Assembly (NCBI GenBank): GCA_964187785.1
Contig: OZ076409.1
Coordinates: 30,444,001 to 30,508,000 of the forward strand
Direction of reading: 5' to 3'
From: Amphiscolops sp. MND2022
Lineage: Eukaryota
Length of the DNA stretch: 64,000 nt
The notes under the pieces were generated by a model, which saw nothing but the letters and a program-made list of their open reading frames with translations, made no database searches and was not told the DNA's origin. A program made the position numbers and the translations under genes. The first letter of the stretch is position 1. Each line of letters starts with the position of its first letter. This document shows, one piece after another, positions 61,300 to 64,000 of this stretch.

Positions 61300-62110
61300 A
61301 AACAAGTTGAGTTCTTTGGATTTAACTTCTGCAGTTGTTGCTGTCAGATCTATCTCACTGATTGATCTATGGAATCCATTTGTTACAAAACTGTTTTCAA
61401 TCCATCCCGATTTCGTGAGAAGTCTTCAGAGAGTAAATTACAGAGATGTGGGTGTCCTTGCTATCAGCCGGGTGATGGTATCATCAAAAACGTCGGATTG
61501 ATGCTCCGACTTTTTACCTGCTCGAAAAGTTTTTTTTCGGCAATGCAGATGATTCGTTTGTAAAGTTCGTCGGTGTGCGTTTCCCATGATTTAGTCAGAC
61601 CCGAGAGTGATAACCCACATCAATAACTATCTCTCGAAAGAAAATACACAACTCGCATCAGCGTTAGAAGTGCGTGAATACCCTTTGACAGCAAACCCAG
61701 GTGTGTTGATGGCCCACGACAGCCAAGAAATACCGTGAATACCAAACGTCAACAAACCCAAGTATCTTGTTGACCCACGCCACTCAGTACCGATCTGGAG
61801 GAAAGTGCGCAGATGCCCAATGGAAGCAAACCCAAGTATGTTGATGACACACACCAACAAATTACAACAGAAGGAAAGTGTGGGACTGCCTTTTACAAGC
61901 AAACCCCAATATACTGATGACCCATGTCAACAACTCACAAGGAGAAGGGAAGTGAGGGATGCCCCACGCCAACATTTCAATGTCGGAAAACCTGCCTTGT
62001 AAGGGTAGATACTAGACCCGCAACGGTAAAAGATTGCTTCGTAAGTTCTTTTCTGGAGGTTGATAATTGCATTGGTGAAAGTTCACGCCGGGTCGAACGG
62101 GCGTTTTCGA
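61300..62110 (-). pseudogene. Possible decayed retroelement RT/RNase H fragment
   Basis: Only weak motifs (YLG..., NADAS) in 61627-61902. Confidence 0.25.
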
Positions 62111-62974
62111 TTGGGATTTTATAACTCAAAAGTCGCAAAATAAGCTAAAGCCTATTGAAACGTCTGTTTTAATCGGTCTTTTCAGAGATAAAGCACAACT
62201 GTTACAGTGGCTAGTTTTTTCGTCTTTTTTGTGCACATTTCTGTTCATTCTCAGTTTAACTTGGTACAGAGGTTAATCGGTTTAGGGGGACCGAAGTTGT
62301 TGCGGGTTCGAGTTCCTGCTTAAGCCAGAAACCTTTTCGTGCATTTGCCAAACCGGGCGAGACTTTTTTTGGCTTGGTGAGATTTTCTGTGGCTTGGTGA
62401 GATTTTCTTTGGCTTGGTGAGGCTTTCGAAAATTGCGGTACATCCGAATTTCGACGTTACAACCGAGGTATCTTGCGTTTTAGTAAAAAGAAAGTTGATG
62501 ATCAAAAATTTGGCTATTTCCGAGTTTTGACGTTTAATCCGAAGTAAATTGCGTTTCGCTAAAGAGGATACCGAGGTTCAAAAAAGCATTCCCATGTCGC
62601 CCAGCACGCCATGTCCAAAGGGTTGACGTTATTTCCGAAGTAAATTGCGTTCTACAGAAGAGGAGGTGGAGGTTGCGCTCTTTCAAATGTTTTGCGTTTG
62701 ATCCGAGTTTTGTTTTAGAGATCGGTGTTTTTTCGTCACTATGCGATTTTTTACAATTTTTTTATCGAAGCCCTTCGATTTTGAACGATTTTGAATTATT
62801 TTGGGGCTCCTGTGCTACTGAAAGCTTTGTCCTATTGCATGTTTGCGTGGAACACGCAAAACAACCTGAATAACCGCTACGCAAAGCCTTAGTTGCTGAT
62901 TTATTTTCATTTGTGGAAATAAGAATTGCATTCAAATGTTGCTCTGAGAAAGTTCATAAGTTCGTTTAAGGTTT

Positions 62975-63633
62975 CCCAGGTTGACCAAGCATACTTACCA
63001 TGCTATGATCATAGTATGATCATACTATTATCATAGTCATTCCATGATTATGATCATGCCAAGACCGTACCATGGCGACCATGTTTCATAGTATGACCAT
63101 ACTATGGTCATCATGTTCCATAGTATGATCCATCATGTTTCATAGTATGAACATAGCATGATCATAGTATGAGAAACGATGAATTCTAGATTGAAAGTCG
63201 AGATGTCGGACATGGTAACCTCCTGTAAACAAAGTTCACAAATTTGTTACCTAGTCCTTTCCATTTTGAAATCCCGAAATTCGCTCTCAATATACCAAAA
63301 AAACCCTACCTATCTCAGCGGCTTCAGGAAACGCGATGCCGGAAAGAGTCCTTTATGCTACCCGGGTCATTAAGGTAACCCTAGATCTTCCAAAACCAAA
63401 GAACAAGCCAAGGAGTCACTTTTTGATGTTTTTCAAATTTCAATTTTTTCCGTTAAGGGGACTTCGAATTTTTGAAAGATTTAAAACATGGTCACTCATA
63501 CTTTGACCATAATCGTTGTCATGCTAGTCATAATATGGCCATACTATGACCATATTATGATGATCATTTTCCACCATGATCATACTATGACATAGTATGA
63601 TTCACCATTTCTGAGTATGGGGTTCAACCTGGG
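62975..63633. mobile_element. MITE with CCCAGGTTGA termini and CATAGTATGA-type subterminal repeats
   Basis: cccaggttga at 62975 and tcaacctggg ending at 63633. catagtatga/catactatga arrays at 63000-63170 and 63490-63600. Confidence 0.7.
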
Positions 63634-63711
63634 TTAGAGGGGAGAGAAACTACATTGTTCCCTTACAAAAGAATTAACTTATCAGCATATCTTATCTTTC
63701 ATACAGTCTAA

Positions 63712-63873
63712 AATGAAAAGTGTCAACTATTCAAAAAGTCGTTTTTCTATTTGTAAATTTTTGTTGAATTGGTTGTTGGTATATATCCATTATAATGGAT
63801 ATATACCAACAACCAATTCAACAAAAATTTACAAATAGAAAAATGACTTTTTGAATAGTTGACACTTTTCATT
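63712..63873. repeat. Near-perfect 162-bp spacerless palindrome
   Basis: 81-bp arms centred on ccatta|taatgg, with one mismatch seen. Confidence 0.95.
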
Positions 63874-64000
63874 GTGCGGTTACAAAATATGTTGTTGCTG
63901 ATGTGATTGAGTGCGGGAAATACTTCTGTGTTCAGCGGGTGTCTTGCTCATTCTAGTTCAGGAGTTCTTAAAATGTTTGAGTTCTTAAAATGTTCAGGAG

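Overview
AT-rich, repeat-dense eukaryotic (animal-like) genomic DNA. The main feature is a complete 14,167-bp Polinton/Maverick (adintovirus-like) endogenous virus at 15709-29875. It has AGTAGT...ACTACT ends, ~232-bp TIRs and a 6-bp TSD (CGGAAC). It encodes an adenain-like protease, minor and major capsid proteins, an RVE integrase and a protein-primed PolB. Unusually, it also carries two tandem A32/FtsK-type ATPases, one Zn-finger-fused and one membrane-anchored. Capsid and polymerase genes carry frameshifts and nonsense codons. An older, decayed relative lies in inverted orientation right beside it (~29915-40561). Both sit in one ~25.5-kb intron of a host CCDC102-like gene (minus-strand exons 41138-41378, 40733-40974, 15134-15255). 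Comparing the two viral copies reveals 11-29-bp GC-rich, mostly TA-flanked mini-hairpin insertions (core CAGC-GAA/AAA-GCTG) scattered through the younger virus, including inside its genes. This is the most novel-looking signal. The rest of the window holds a Ty3/gypsy relic, a CACTA-like TIR element, MITEs, long palindromes, and a decayed Ty1/copia element whose 3' part plus flank was tandemly triplicated (~4.1-4.2-kb units). All calls are by eye from motifs; no searches were run.
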